Of a stretch of 64,000 nt of DNA, positions 38,265 through 48,428 are shown one piece after another. Made by a program: the position numbers and the translations under genes. The DNA is from a virus. Location: positions 32,001 through 96,000 of the IMG/VR virus record IMGVR_UViG_3300033485_000002. One strand, written 5' to 3'. The notes below the pieces were generated by a model that saw nothing but the letters and a program-made list of their open reading frames with translations, was not told where the DNA came from and searched no databases. Positions within the stretch are counted from its first letter, which is position 1. Every line of letters begins with the position of its first letter.

Positions 38265-38293
38265 GGGAGCCTCGGTTTAGTAAGGGGGTCTAA

Positions 38294-39778
38294 ATGATTC
38301 GGTTCCATTCGGATGCCGAAGGCGGTAGTCCTCGGTGGCTGTGTGATTATCAGTCTCTATTGGTCAATGCTTTTGTCGATATTGAGAGCTGCGGTTTTCC
38401 TTTCGATCCTATTCAACATGCACAGTTTATCGAGAATGCCGAACGTACTTATGCCGAGTACGAACGGCGATTGATGACCAGCCCCCAACTGCAAGCCTAC
38501 ATCCAGCAGAAGGGGCTGCCCGCTACGGGTAAACGGGCGTTTAACCTGTCCTCGGCCACCCAACTCCAGGAGTTCCTCTTCAGCCCGCGTAGTTCAGGGG
38601 GCCTGGAGCTTGTACCCGTAAAGCGCTCTAAGCTGACGGATAAGGCTAGTTCCGACCGAGAGTCCTTGCAGCATTTCGCTCAGGCAGGCAACGCTTTCTG
38701 CTCGGATCTATTGGTGTTACGGAATTTCGGTAAGCTATTGTCGTCGTTTGGTGAGCCGCTCTTAAAGTTCTACTGTCCTCGCACCGGAGCAGTTCACCCG
38801 ACCTACTTCCTGGCCAAGGTGACAGATAGTGCTGGGGTTGCAGGCGGTACTGCGACCGGACGGCTGTCGTGCAAGCACCCCAACATGCAGCAGCTACCGA
38901 AGCGGGATAAAGATGACAAGGGAATTGGGCTGGCGGGGATCGACGTGCGGAAGTCCTTCGTGCCGTTTCCGGGCCACATCCTTATAGAGTGCGACCAGAG
39001 CCAGATCGAGGTGCGGGTCGCCGGGATGTACGCTAAGGATACGACGATGGGTAAGTTCTTCGATGAGGGGGGAGACTTCCACATCCGGGTGGCCTCTCAG
39101 GTGTTCCAACAGGATTTCGATCATATGGTCGAGGTGTTGGCGAATGAGCACCATCCCGAGTACAAGAAGTTCAAGCAATTCCGTACTGCCGCTAAAACCT
39201 TTACCTTTGGTCTGATGTTCGGTATGGGGTTGAATAAGCTGACCAGACAATCCGGGTTGACTGAGGCTGAAGGTAAAGCTTTTATCGATGAGTACTTTGC
39301 TACTTTCCCTCAGTTCGCTTCGTGGCGTGAGGAGATGATTGATTGGGCTACCGAGCACGGATGGGTCCAAACCTTATTCGGGCGTAAAAGAACCATAAAG
39401 ATTAGCGGCTATGAAACGGAGGATGGTCGGGAGGAACGCATTGGCATCAACACTCCGATTCAGAGTGCGGCGGCAGATATTACTCTGTTTGCGCTCAGCC
39501 GGTTGTGGGAGTTCTTGAAGGCCAACGGTTACGGGGCAAAGATTCTTGGCACGGTCCATGACTCTATTATCTTCTCGGTGCCCTACGAGGAGTTCGAGGA
39601 GCTATTACCGGAGATAGCCCGGAGGATGATCCGTCCACCTGGGCTGGAGTGGCTTTTGGATGACGTGCCGATTCCCCTGTCGATTGGCATTGAGGCGGGG
39701 CCTAACCTCAAGGATATGCACAAGTTAGACCTCGATGACGTGCTGACCTGCTCCCTCGACGTAAAGGATTATCTATGA
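38294..39778 (+). CDS. polA: DNA polymerase part 2: family A polymerase domain
   Basis: TATGRLSC..PNMQQLP, motif A DQSQIEVR, motif B RTAAKTFTFG, NTPIQS, motif C TVHDS. Confidence 0.92.
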   Translation: MIRFHSDAEGGSPRWLCDYQSLLVNAFVDIESCGFPFDPIQHAQFIENAERTYAEYERRLMTSPQLQAYIQQKGLPATGKRAFNLSSATQLQEFLFSPRSSGGLELVPVKRSKLTDKASSDRESLQHFAQAGNAFCSDLLVLRNFGKLLSSFGEPLLKFYCPRTGAVHPTYFLAKVTDSAGVAGGTATGRLSCKHPNMQQLPKRDKDDKGIGLAGIDVRKSFVPFPGHILIECDQSQIEVRVAGMYAKDTTMGKFFDEGGDFHIRVASQVFQQDFDHMVEVLANEHHPEYKKFKQFRTAAKTFTFGLMFGMGLNKLTRQSGLTEAEGKAFIDEYFATFPQFASWREEMIDWATEHGWVQTLFGRKRTIKISGYETEDGREERIGINTPIQSAAADITLFALSRLWEFLKANGYGAKILGTVHDSIIFSVPYEEFEELLPEIARRMIRPPGLEWLLDDVPIPLSIGIEAGPNLKDMHKLDLDDVLTCSLDVKDYL

Positions 39779-41232
39779 GCGATGCAGACGAGTTCGAAGC
39801 GACTTTACCCGATGGTAAAGTAGTTGACGATCCAGCCGTGTTCACGAAAGCATGGAAGGAGTTCGCTGCGCTTGTAAGTGAAGAGTTTGATGAGCTTGAG
39901 CTAAAGGCGGTGGCCTTTAACCCAGGTGTTCTCTATGCCTTTGGCCCTGTGGTGAAACAATGGCATAGCCTGGAATTGCCTATGGCTTTTCATAAGGCAT
40001 TGAACGACCGGATCCAGGAGCTTCGACGCCTTCGTGAGTTCTTCTTTGAGATGGTGGAGATCAGCAAGCAGGCTGGTTTCTATACCGAGGTGAAGGACGT
40101 GATCGTGAAGGTGGGAAAGAGGGAGTGAGATGGCCCATCTGGTGAGCCTCGATAAGTATTTGGTGCAGCACCCGGTTCCGGCATGGGATCATGATAAAAC
40201 TTCGGATGAGAACTTTGCAGCGGAAACAGCCTGGTTAGTAGCTCTGGGCGAGGCTATCCGGCAGGATAACGGTGGGTCGGGAGCTGCTTCTGGGATCATC
40301 GGCGAGGTGGTGAGGTGGCCGCGTGCTGATGGCTATGCCGAGTACATCATCGTGAAAACAAAGCCACTTCAGCTTGCTCATATTCCTCTTGGGGATGGCT
40401 ATATGGTCGAGCCAGCGCTGATCCGAGGGACTACGCTGGCCGAGGTGAAGCGTATGGTAGAGGATGAGCGGCGGTGGAGTAAGCTGTTTGCGGGCAAGGG
40501 CGTTGTCCAGGTTACGATCGATAAGAACGGGGAATTCGTGGAGGCGAAGTGAAACCGGGACGATTGTTAAAAGGTCGGATTGTGTCAGGTGAGTGGGCCG
40601 GAGAGGACACGCTGGTAACTTACCGTGTACCAGGGCATCTAGTGCTAGAGATTCATGACGCGCTGATATTGGTACTTGGTGATTATCTTTGCCCATACCA
40701 CCAAGAGTCCTTGGGTTGGGACGAGTGCTCGGAAGGTTATGACGGGCGATGTGCTGTGCGTGCTCTCCGCCAGGAACTCTATCGCACCTACAAGTTGCCG
40801 GAGCCGATCTCGTATGGTCCGCCAGACTACGTTAAGGCTGGGGATAGGGCGATGATCCCGTGTCCTTCTTGCAGTAAGCCTCGTGAAGCGGTTCTGTCTT
40901 TGGATGGAGATGGTTGCTTCGAGTTTGAGGTAGGAGCAGCTTGTCCGCACTGTGGGCATCCTGGCGATGAAGAGGAGGATTAGTCAATGGCCAAGGTTAC
41001 GGTTGATTTCGATTTGGACAACCCCGAAGATCTGAAACGGTTTGGACGGCTGTCTGAGGATTCTACTTGTGCTAACTACGCTAAGTTAGTTGAAGCTCTT
41101 AAACAGTTTGATGCTTGGTTGTTAGCATTGCGGGATGAGATGTCCAATAAGCCAAAGGCCATGCTGGTGGACACGATCCGAACTATGCTTCTCGATAAGG
41201 TCGTGTCGCTTAGCCTGTTCAAGAAAGATTAA
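39775..41232 (+). other. Four hypothetical CDSs: 39775-40128, 40130-40552, 40549-40983, 40987-41232
   Basis: Coupled ORFs downstream of the polymerase. Confidence 0.65.
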
Positions 41233-41254
41233 GGGGGAAAGCCCGGATAGGATC

Positions 41255-41283
41255 TTGACTTTCTTAGTGTTTGGACCTATATT
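41255..41283 (+). promoter_or_regulatory. Sigma70-type promoter
   Basis: TTGACT-17 nt-TATATT. Confidence 0.65.
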
Positions 41284-41298
41284 TTCTATGGAGGTGTC

Positions 41299-41775
41299 AT
41301 GAAAGTCCAGATGATCGTGGGGAATGAGCAGCTCGATTTTACCGTCCACACGGAGCTAAACTTCGATCCTGCCAATGTTTTCGATGTGATCGGGGAGCAA
41401 CCCGGCAAGCTGGCATGGTGGACGGCTCTCGTCGCGGTGAAGGAGCAGGAGCTGGCCGACTTCGTGGTGGACATGGAGGCCCGCACTTCCGCTATCGAGC
41501 TGGATATCAGGAAAAACAGCAAGAGCTTGGAGGATCAGTATGGCAAGGTAACCGAAGGTGTGATCAAGGCTGTACTCGCGGCTAATGATGAGGTCGTCCA
41601 GTTGAGTACGAAGATGAACGAGATCAAGCGGGACGCCAACATCCTGCGAGCGATGGCGAAGGGTTTCGACTCTCGCTCGTCGTTGATGGCAACCGCAGGG
41701 TCCATGCACCGGGCCGAACTGGAAGCGGGGTTGCGAGCCTTGACAGGTCGGGCCAAAAAGGGTATGATGGAATAG
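41299..41775 (+). CDS. UvsY-like recombination mediator
   Basis: Helical 158 aa protein with KVTEGVIKA...AKGFDSRS; upstream of SSB and RecA. Confidence 0.55.
   Translation: MKVQMIVGNEQLDFTVHTELNFDPANVFDVIGEQPGKLAWWTALVAVKEQELADFVVDMEARTSAIELDIRKNSKSLEDQYGKVTEGVIKAVLAANDEVVQLSTKMNEIKRDANILRAMAKGFDSRSSLMATAGSMHRAELEAGLRALTGRAKKGMME
41740..41768 (+). promoter_or_regulatory. Internal sigma70-type promoter for SSB
   Basis: TTGACA-17 nt-TATGAT within the 3' end of the upstream gene. Confidence 0.65.
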
Positions 41776-41835
41776 TGTTCGTTACTATCTGTGTTTTCGA
41801 TTAACTTACACGTACACGTAAAAGGAGATAGTAAG

Positions 41836-42915
41836 ATGGATAGACTGAGTGCTGAGCTGAAGCGTGCCGAGAGAGCAACCCGCCAGTTCCTGCCGTTCTT
41901 CAAGTTCCCCATTGGTAAGACGGATCTTAGGATTCTCCCTGCTCCGAAGGGGGAGGATGAAGATGGTTGGTTCGTGCCGGTCGGGTTTCACTACAACTTG
42001 AACGAGAAGCAACCGATCATTTGCCGCGCTGAGACGAATTGGGCGCACGAGGATTGTGCGGTGTGCGCGGCGGTGACCGAGCTTCGGGCGGCGGGGCAGA
42101 ACGATGAGGCGCAGCGCATCGGAGTGCGCCGTCAGTACATCGTTCGCGCCATTGTCCGAGGCCAGGAGGAGAAGGGTATCCAGATGCTGCGACTGCCGAC
42201 CACCGTGTGGCAGTCCATCGGTAAGATCGTGCTGGAGAAGGAGACCTTCGGGGACGTGCTCAGCATGTCACCTAAAGGGCGGGATATCCGGGTGATCAAG
42301 ACCGGGACTGGCTTGGCAACGCAGTACGAGGTGCAAGCCCTGCCACAGACCAAACCGGCTCTGCCGACGCCGGGTGAGGTCAAGGCTGTGATGGAAAAGC
42401 TTGACCCTATCGCCAATCTCGTGAGTATGCCCACGTCAAAGGAAGTGGAGATGTTGGTGAAGGCCAAGCTCGGTTTCGTGGTGAGTACTCCAAGCGTGGG
42501 TGCGGTTGCTACTGTGGATGAGGCCGACGACGAGTGGAACAGCCCGCCCAGCAAGGAAGAGACCGATTGGGACGATGCCGCCGAGGATAAGGCAGCGGAT
42601 GAGGGGGATGATGAGGATTGGGGGGATGAGGGGGGCGATGTCCCTTTTGATGACTCGGAATCTGAGGAAAAGGAAGGTGCCGTTGAGCCGGTGTCGGATG
42701 ACTCGTGGTTGGCAGATGACGATGACGAGGATGACGGCATTGATTACGGCGCGAAGGTGCAGGCGCTGCGGGATGAGCAAAAGAAGAAACAAGCTACGCA
42801 GATGACCGGGCTGACCGAGGGGCTGAGTAAGGAACTGCATAAGACGCACGCTGCCCAGGAACAGGAACCGGAGAGGCGCAAGAAGGGTAAGTCGCGGCAG
42901 CGTTTGGGAGCGTAA
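41836..42915 (+). CDS. gp32-like single-stranded DNA-binding protein
   Basis: LRILPA, H...C...C..C zinc site, GRDIRVIKTGTG.ATQYEV, long acidic tail; AAAGGAG RBS. Confidence 0.78.
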   Translation: MDRLSAELKRAERATRQFLPFFKFPIGKTDLRILPAPKGEDEDGWFVPVGFHYNLNEKQPIICRAETNWAHEDCAVCAAVTELRAAGQNDEAQRIGVRRQYIVRAIVRGQEEKGIQMLRLPTTVWQSIGKIVLEKETFGDVLSMSPKGRDIRVIKTGTGLATQYEVQALPQTKPALPTPGEVKAVMEKLDPIANLVSMPTSKEVEMLVKAKLGFVVSTPSVGAVATVDEADDEWNSPPSKEETDWDDAAEDKAADEGDDEDWGDEGGDVPFDDSESEEKEGAVEPVSDDSWLADDDDEDDGIDYGAKVQALRDEQKKKQATQMTGLTEGLSKELHKTHAAQEQEPERRKKGKSRQRLGA

Positions 42916-42916
42916 A

Positions 42917-43996
42917 GTGCCTAAAGTCAAATCGACTACAACTTCGGGGGCAGCTTCGTCTGCCCCCTCTTCTTCTATCACTTTAGACATTGTCGAACAC
43001 CTTCAAAAGAACAACGAGGCTCATACTGAGCGGATGACGGAAGCTGGTTCCATCGTCACCGTTCCGAAGTATCTGTCCACCGGGTTGCCTATCATCGACA
43101 GTATGCTCGGAGGTGGGGTTCCTGCTGGCCGTATCACGGAGTTGTTCTCCAAGGGTGAAGGCCAAGGCAAGTCCTCGCTTGCTGCCACGCTCATGTACGA
43201 GATGCAGAAGCGAGGCGGTACCGTCGTACTGATGGATACTGAGCATGGTTTCGTTGAAGAACGGTTGAGGATGTTCGGTGTTGACCCGGCCAACGTGATC
43301 TTCGTAGAGCCGAAGCACATCGAGAATGCGTGCGAGGTGATCTCCGACATTCTGAAGTACCTGAAGCAGAAGCCCGAGGTCCAGAGCAACGTCCTTATCA
43401 TCTGGGATAGCGTGACAGCCACACCCAGCAAGGCCGAGTACGAGGCGAGCTATGGTGACCTCCAGATCGCGAGCGCGGCCCGTGCTTGGAGCGCCAGTAT
43501 CAAGAAGTTGAAGGCCGAGATTGCTAGGTCCGAATGTTACGTGGTGATGATCAATCAGACTCGTACCAACATCGGGCAGATGTTCGGGGAGAAGCATCAG
43601 ACGACCGGTGGCATGGCGATCAAGTACTATGCTGATTGCCGACTGGTGCTGTACCGCGAGCAGGCTTCATGGTTGAAAAAGGGTGAGGAGCGGATCGGTT
43701 TCAAGGTCACGATGATGACGGAAAAGTCTCGTGTGGCCGCACCTTTTCAAAAGGCAACCGCGTACTTGTTGTTTGATTCTGGTTTCGACCGGGATCGGGC
43801 ACTCTTTGACCTATTGCTGACGATAGGCGTACTAGAACAGAAGGGTGCGTGGTACGAGTTCGAGGGTGTGAAGTCCTTTCAGCAAAAGGATTTTCTGGAC
43901 GTAGTTAAGAACTTGGATCAGCCTGTAAAAGATAAGATCATAGCGGCGATGAAGAAAGCTCGGGTGACGGACGAGACAATCGCCATGTGGTTCTGA
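42917..43996 (+). CDS. recA: RecA/UvsX recombinase
   Basis: STG...D..LGGG.P.GRITE, GQGKSS, DTEH, WDSV, INQTR and TTGG.AIKYYA. Confidence 0.92.
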   Translation: MPKVKSTTTSGAASSAPSSSITLDIVEHLQKNNEAHTERMTEAGSIVTVPKYLSTGLPIIDSMLGGGVPAGRITELFSKGEGQGKSSLAATLMYEMQKRGGTVVLMDTEHGFVEERLRMFGVDPANVIFVEPKHIENACEVISDILKYLKQKPEVQSNVLIIWDSVTATPSKAEYEASYGDLQIASAARAWSASIKKLKAEIARSECYVVMINQTRTNIGQMFGEKHQTTGGMAIKYYADCRLVLYREQASWLKKGEERIGFKVTMMTEKSRVAAPFQKATAYLLFDSGFDRDRALFDLLLTIGVLEQKGAWYEFEGVKSFQQKDFLDVVKNLDQPVKDKIIAAMKKARVTDETIAMWF

Positions 43997-44017
43997 TACC
44001 CTGTAAAGGGGGACAAT

Positions 44018-45151
44018 ATGAGCAAGATCTGCCTAATTGGTGATCCTCACTTCGCCAATCGGAAGCTGTTCGGTTTTCCTACTGCGGTCAAGGGGCGTAA
44101 CACTCGGCTTGACTCTGTCATCCGTGCCTTTGAGTGGATCGATCAGAAGCTGAAGGACGACTACCCCGAGGTCGAGACGGTGTATATCCTGGGCGATATC
44201 ACGCACGACCACGGCATCATGACCCCTGCGGTGTTCGATGCGGTTCAAACTAGTGTGTATGCTCTGACCAAAGGGGGCAATCGGGAAGTCCTGCTACTGA
44301 GCGGCAACCACGATCAGGACATTCACGGGCTGTCGATCATTAAGGTGTTCGGCACCTGTGACGATTGTGAAAGTGCCTCTGTGTTCGACATCGATGAGAT
44401 TTTCCCCAGGCAGTTCGGGGGTATGCAGATCTATCCGGTGTCCTATGGCAGTGATCTTTCACAGCTATGGGTGAAGCTGGCAATTGATAAGGCGAGGAAA
44501 GCTGACCCTGCCATCCTTTTGATGCACCATCATTTCGAGGGCGCGGTTCACGGTCCTCATGAGTTCGAAGTGCCGGGAGGTCTTGCGCTGAAGGATATCC
44601 CCGACAATGTGGCGCTGGTGGTGAGCGGGCATTACCACAAGTGGCAGTGGATCGGGAACCGTGTCCTCTATATCGGTGCGCCCATCCAGCATGACTTTGG
44701 CGAAGCGACTTATCTGCCTGGATTTACGATTTTGACCGTGCATGATGACTCGAAGCGTAAGCCGGATGTGGAGTTTGTCGAGATCCCAGAAGGCGAGGTG
44801 CCGAGGTTCCATATCCTGCCTCATACCCTCACACCTGCTAATTTGCCTGGGATCCCGGCGCTGGACTATTACCGAGTGGATTTGCCGATGGATGTGGACC
44901 CGGCTTCAATTGAGTGGTTGCACAAGGCGGTCCAGCATTTGGCGGTGAAGCCACTTCCGAGCACGACCGAGCTTCGGAGCAGGGTGGAGCAGTATTTCAT
45001 CGAGGCCGGTACCCAGCAGCCAGAAGGACGTGTGGATCTGGGCGAGGTTATTGAGGCGTATACGATGCTCAACGTCGAGGACGAAGGCCGCCAGCAGGAT
45101 CTGATCCGGATCGGGAAAGAAATCGCAAACAAGGTGGTATCAGGATCATGA
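44018..45151 (+). CDS. sbcD: Mre11/SbcD (gp47-like) nuclease
   Basis: GDPH, LGDITH, GNHD, SGHYH and YIGAP.Q.DFGE. Confidence 0.88.
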   Translation: MSKICLIGDPHFANRKLFGFPTAVKGRNTRLDSVIRAFEWIDQKLKDDYPEVETVYILGDITHDHGIMTPAVFDAVQTSVYALTKGGNREVLLLSGNHDQDIHGLSIIKVFGTCDDCESASVFDIDEIFPRQFGGMQIYPVSYGSDLSQLWVKLAIDKARKADPAILLMHHHFEGAVHGPHEFEVPGGLALKDIPDNVALVVSGHYHKWQWIGNRVLYIGAPIQHDFGEATYLPGFTILTVHDDSKRKPDVEFVEIPEGEVPRFHILPHTLTPANLPGIPALDYYRVDLPMDVDPASIEWLHKAVQHLAVKPLPSTTELRSRVEQYFIEAGTQQPEGRVDLGEVIEAYTMLNVEDEGRQQDLIRIGKEIANKVVSGS

Positions 45152-45333
45152 GCAGACCTATGAGTATTGCGGAGTTGTTTGAAGAGGCCACTAACTTTAT
45201 AGCTGAGGCTCAGGAGGACTACGAGAACCAAAAGCTGGAAGAAGCTGCGAACGAGGTAGAGGACGCGATGGAGATGCTCACCAAGCTTTTGGAGAAGATA
45301 ACGAAAGAGATCGATGAGGCGGGGGATGCTTAA
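45148..45333 (+). CDS. Small acidic helical protein
   Basis: Coupled between sbcD and sbcC. Confidence 0.6.
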   Translation: MSRPMSIAELFEEATNFIAEAQEDYENQKLEEAANEVEDAMEMLTKLLEKITKEIDEAGDA

Positions 45334-47290
45334 GTTCACGAAGCTGACCGCTAAGGATTTTATGGCTCTGGGTGAGGTCGAGTACCTTTTCACGCCGGAT
45401 AAGGTACGCCTGCTGCTTGGCCGCAACGAGGACAGCCTCACCGCTGATGACAATGGAGCCGGGAAGTCGAGCGTGGCCGAGGCGCTTCGTTGGGCGCTGT
45501 ATGGCGAAACGGTGCGACAGTGCTTGGACAAGTCGCTGAGCGTGGACCATGTGATCCGGCGTGGGCAGAAGAAAGCGATGGTGTCCGTTTATTTTGAGGC
45601 ACACGGCAACGAGTATGAGGTGAAGCGCGAGCGGAACACCACTACTCAGAAGCTGACCGTGCAAGTGCTGCGAGGACAGGGACCGTGGCAGGAGTATAGC
45701 GGTAAGGCGGCGCAGGAAATCCTCGATCAGGCGCTTGGTATCAACGTTATCCAGTTCTCCAATTTGGTGTATCTGGACGGCTCGTATCCCCTGTTGTTCG
45801 CTCCGAGCACCGACCGTACCCGGAAGGATATCCTGGCCGATCTGGTGGACGTGGCCATCACGCAGCAGATGGAGGAGGAGGTCAGACAGCAGCTTCTCCC
45901 GATCCAGACTGAGCAGGTTCGGTTGGAGCGGCTTATCGACCATTGTACCCAGGCGATCGAGTACCAGACCGAGTACAAAGGTAGGAAGCATACTCAGGGG
46001 CTGGCATTGACTAAAGAGTGTACCTTGCTGAAAGGCGCAAGCGACCAAGCTCTGCAAGAGGTAGAGGCGCTTCGTCAACAGGTGAATGACTTGCGCAGTC
46101 AGGTCGAAGCTGCGCAATTGAAGCATTTGGATCAGCTCACTAAAAGTGAGAAAGAGCTTGGTATTATCGACCGTAACCTGGAGACGGCTACAGACAATCT
46201 TATGCAGGCGCGTAGCTCATTCCGGGTGGGTGACATCGATCAGGTGCAGAAGCAAATTGATTCTTGTACCAGGGAGATAGTTGCCCGTGAGAAACGGATC
46301 AAAGAGATCCGTTTACTGCAATCCCGAGGTCAGTGTCCTACATGCGGGCAAGCTACGAGTGAGGTCGGCACCAATGAGTGCAACGCCCTGGAGGACCAGA
46401 TCAGGGGGTTTCGAGATGAACTTCAAAAACACCAAGCTGCTCAAGCAGTTCTTGAAACGGAACGAAACGGGTATGTGGATGCCCTTACTACAACCGTCCA
46501 GAGTTTGCGTGAAAAGCGGGTTTTGGCAAACACTGCGCTCCAAGCTATCCGGCAGCAAGGCGCGGGGACGGGTACGCTAACTGATGAATACAATGATCTT
46601 CAGGAGAAATTCAGCGCCAAGCAGAATGAACGTAACGAGCTTCAGTCTGATTTGAAGGCCAAGCGAGCGCTTCTCCAGCAAGCGAAAGAGAACTATATCG
46701 AAGCACGGAAGAAGCTGAAGCAGCTTGTTCAGGACAAGGAGCAAGCAGAAGGAGCGCTGGCTGAGCTGACTAAGCAGGCGGATAAGCTGTCGTTCTGGAA
46801 AACTGGGTTCGGCCCGAAGGGTGTGCCGTCGCTGTTTATCGAGACGGTGCTGCCTCGTATCTCCTCACGTATTCAACATTTTGCTAACATCCTCACGGGT
46901 GGGGATGTGATGGTGCAGTTGAGGGCATACAAGGAGACCAAGAGCAACACGATCCAGGAGGCGATTCAGATTGATGCCGTGAACTCAAAGGGTGCCTCGG
47001 TGTATGGGGCGAACTCTACGGGTGAGCGTAACCGGATCAATCTCGCTGTGACCCTGGGGCTGGTGGATTACTTCCGGTCTACCAAGGTGTTCGCATCCAA
47101 CCTGTTGATCTGCGATGAGGTGTTTGACGGATTGGACAGTATGGGGGTTGAGGCGGCTCTGGAAGCGTTGGGAGAGGCCCACGTGGATCATGTGCTGGTT
47201 GTGTCGCATCACGAGCACCTGAAGCCGCTGTTCCCCGAAATCTTGTACGCCCACAAGAAAAATGGTGTGTCGTCGCTGGTGGAGGTCTAA
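45326..47290 (+). CDS. sbcC: Rad50/SbcC (gp46-like) ATPase
   Basis: NGAGKSS, coiled coils, CPTCG hook, STGE signature and CDEVFDGLD. Confidence 0.9.
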   Translation: MLKFTKLTAKDFMALGEVEYLFTPDKVRLLLGRNEDSLTADDNGAGKSSVAEALRWALYGETVRQCLDKSLSVDHVIRRGQKKAMVSVYFEAHGNEYEVKRERNTTTQKLTVQVLRGQGPWQEYSGKAAQEILDQALGINVIQFSNLVYLDGSYPLLFAPSTDRTRKDILADLVDVAITQQMEEEVRQQLLPIQTEQVRLERLIDHCTQAIEYQTEYKGRKHTQGLALTKECTLLKGASDQALQEVEALRQQVNDLRSQVEAAQLKHLDQLTKSEKELGIIDRNLETATDNLMQARSSFRVGDIDQVQKQIDSCTREIVAREKRIKEIRLLQSRGQCPTCGQATSEVGTNECNALEDQIRGFRDELQKHQAAQAVLETERNGYVDALTTTVQSLREKRVLANTALQAIRQQGAGTGTLTDEYNDLQEKFSAKQNERNELQSDLKAKRALLQQAKENYIEARKKLKQLVQDKEQAEGALAELTKQADKLSFWKTGFGPKGVPSLFIETVLPRISSRIQHFANILTGGDVMVQLRAYKETKSNTIQEAIQIDAVNSKGASVYGANSTGERNRINLAVTLGLVDYFRSTKVFASNLLICDEVFDGLDSMGVEAALEALGEAHVDHVLVVSHHEHLKPLFPEILYAHKKNGVSSLVEV

Positions 47291-47901
47291 TGGGCAAGAT
47301 GTCGAAGCGTAAGGGGAGCAATACGGAGAACACGCTGGCCAAGATTCTCCGTGAACACTTTATGCCCGACGTTGACCCTAAGACAGCCTACCAGATGGTG
47401 CATCGTACGCCGTTGTCGGGGGGGCATGTGGAGCGGGGCGACCTGATCATCAAGCCCCCCGTCTTGAAGTACTTCCCCTGGTTTATCGAGTGTCGTAACC
47501 GGGAGAACTGGGATTGGCCGCAGATCTGGAAGCAAGCTGAAAAGTCTCTTATCATCAGGTGGTTCTTGGTAGATGCGGTGGAGAAGTGCCACCCTTATGA
47601 TCAGAACGAGAGGTACCAACGGTTGCCGATGCTGGTGTTCACCAAGAACCAGCAGCCGTTGTATTTTGCGGCATGGTTAGAAGATTTGAGCATGCGCGGG
47701 ATTGAAGCTTATCAGTTCGATTCGGTGATGTACGTCCCGATTACAGTTGACAAACAAGTCGAGAAAAAGTATGTTGTTATTGGTGACTTTGAGCGTATGC
47801 TGACGCTTCATCCTGTACCGGATACGAACGTCATGCAGGAGCAGATCAATACGTACCTGGGAGTGACTAATGAGTGCCTTAAAGGTGTTGATTCAGGTTG
47901 A
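47290..47901 (+). CDS. Holliday junction resolvase (Hjc-like PD-(D/E)xK)
   Basis: KRKG...E, RTPLSGG, GDLI and IECRNRE. Confidence 0.7.
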   Translation: MGKMSKRKGSNTENTLAKILREHFMPDVDPKTAYQMVHRTPLSGGHVERGDLIIKPPVLKYFPWFIECRNRENWDWPQIWKQAEKSLIIRWFLVDAVEKCHPYDQNERYQRLPMLVFTKNQQPLYFAAWLEDLSMRGIEAYQFDSVMYVPITVDKQVEKKYVVIGDFERMLTLHPVPDTNVMQEQINTYLGVTNECLKGVDSG

Positions 47902-48427
47902 CGTACAGAACGTCTTCTATGGATCACGTAACTTCACGCACGGGCAGAGCCGAGTGGATTACGAAAAGCTGGTTGAGTTTATCAAGCACGCGGTTGTCGA
48001 ACATGCACAAGAGGACAATCGCTTTCTGGCTTCGATAGCGGATGTGGCAACTACAGTATTTGGCTATGTGGTGCAGACGCCACGTTATAAGGGCATGAAC
48101 TTCTTCGCGTTCTTACGTAGGATTGGGTATGTGCTGCGGGTGCGGACCTACCCCGAGGATCTTGAGGTCGAGGATGAGTACTGGCGTGGAACCGTCAGCA
48201 ACATGATCCAAATGGACTATCTCCAGTATGCCCCGGACTTTGACTACGTGGTCATTGTTTCGGGCAGTGGGGTGTATGAACCGGTGTTCAAGGCGTCCCG
48301 ACAGAACTGGCCGAACGTGAAGCGGTGTATCGCGGCGTTTAAGGATACTCTCCACGCCACGTACGGTCGGCGCGAGAATCTTGTATGCTTGGCTATCAGC
48401 TTGGATGAGCAAGTGCTAAGGAGCTAG
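47870..48427 (+). CDS. NYN/LabA-like PIN-fold protein
   Basis: QVDVQNVFY, VDYEKL and IVSGSG.YEP; some acidic catalytic residues appear replaced. Confidence 0.65.
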   Translation: MSALKVLIQVDVQNVFYGSRNFTHGQSRVDYEKLVEFIKHAVVEHAQEDNRFLASIADVATTVFGYVVQTPRYKGMNFFAFLRRIGYVLRVRTYPEDLEVEDEYWRGTVSNMIQMDYLQYAPDFDYVVIVSGSGVYEPVFKASRQNWPNVKRCIAAFKDTLHATYGRRENLVCLAISLDEQVLRS

Positions 48428-48428
48428 T

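Noticed and set aside
38108-38293. 61-aa ORF spanning the pentamer array, or a frameshift joining the polymerase halves
   Set aside because: The W/G/R/V-rich translation is a by-product of the 5-nt period. It has no RBS, and a TAA sits directly before the part-2 ATG, so fusion would need both a frameshift and read-through.
38194-38293. Group I/II intron or intein in the polymerase
   Set aside because: Only 100 bp, with no recognisable intron core and no intein motifs.
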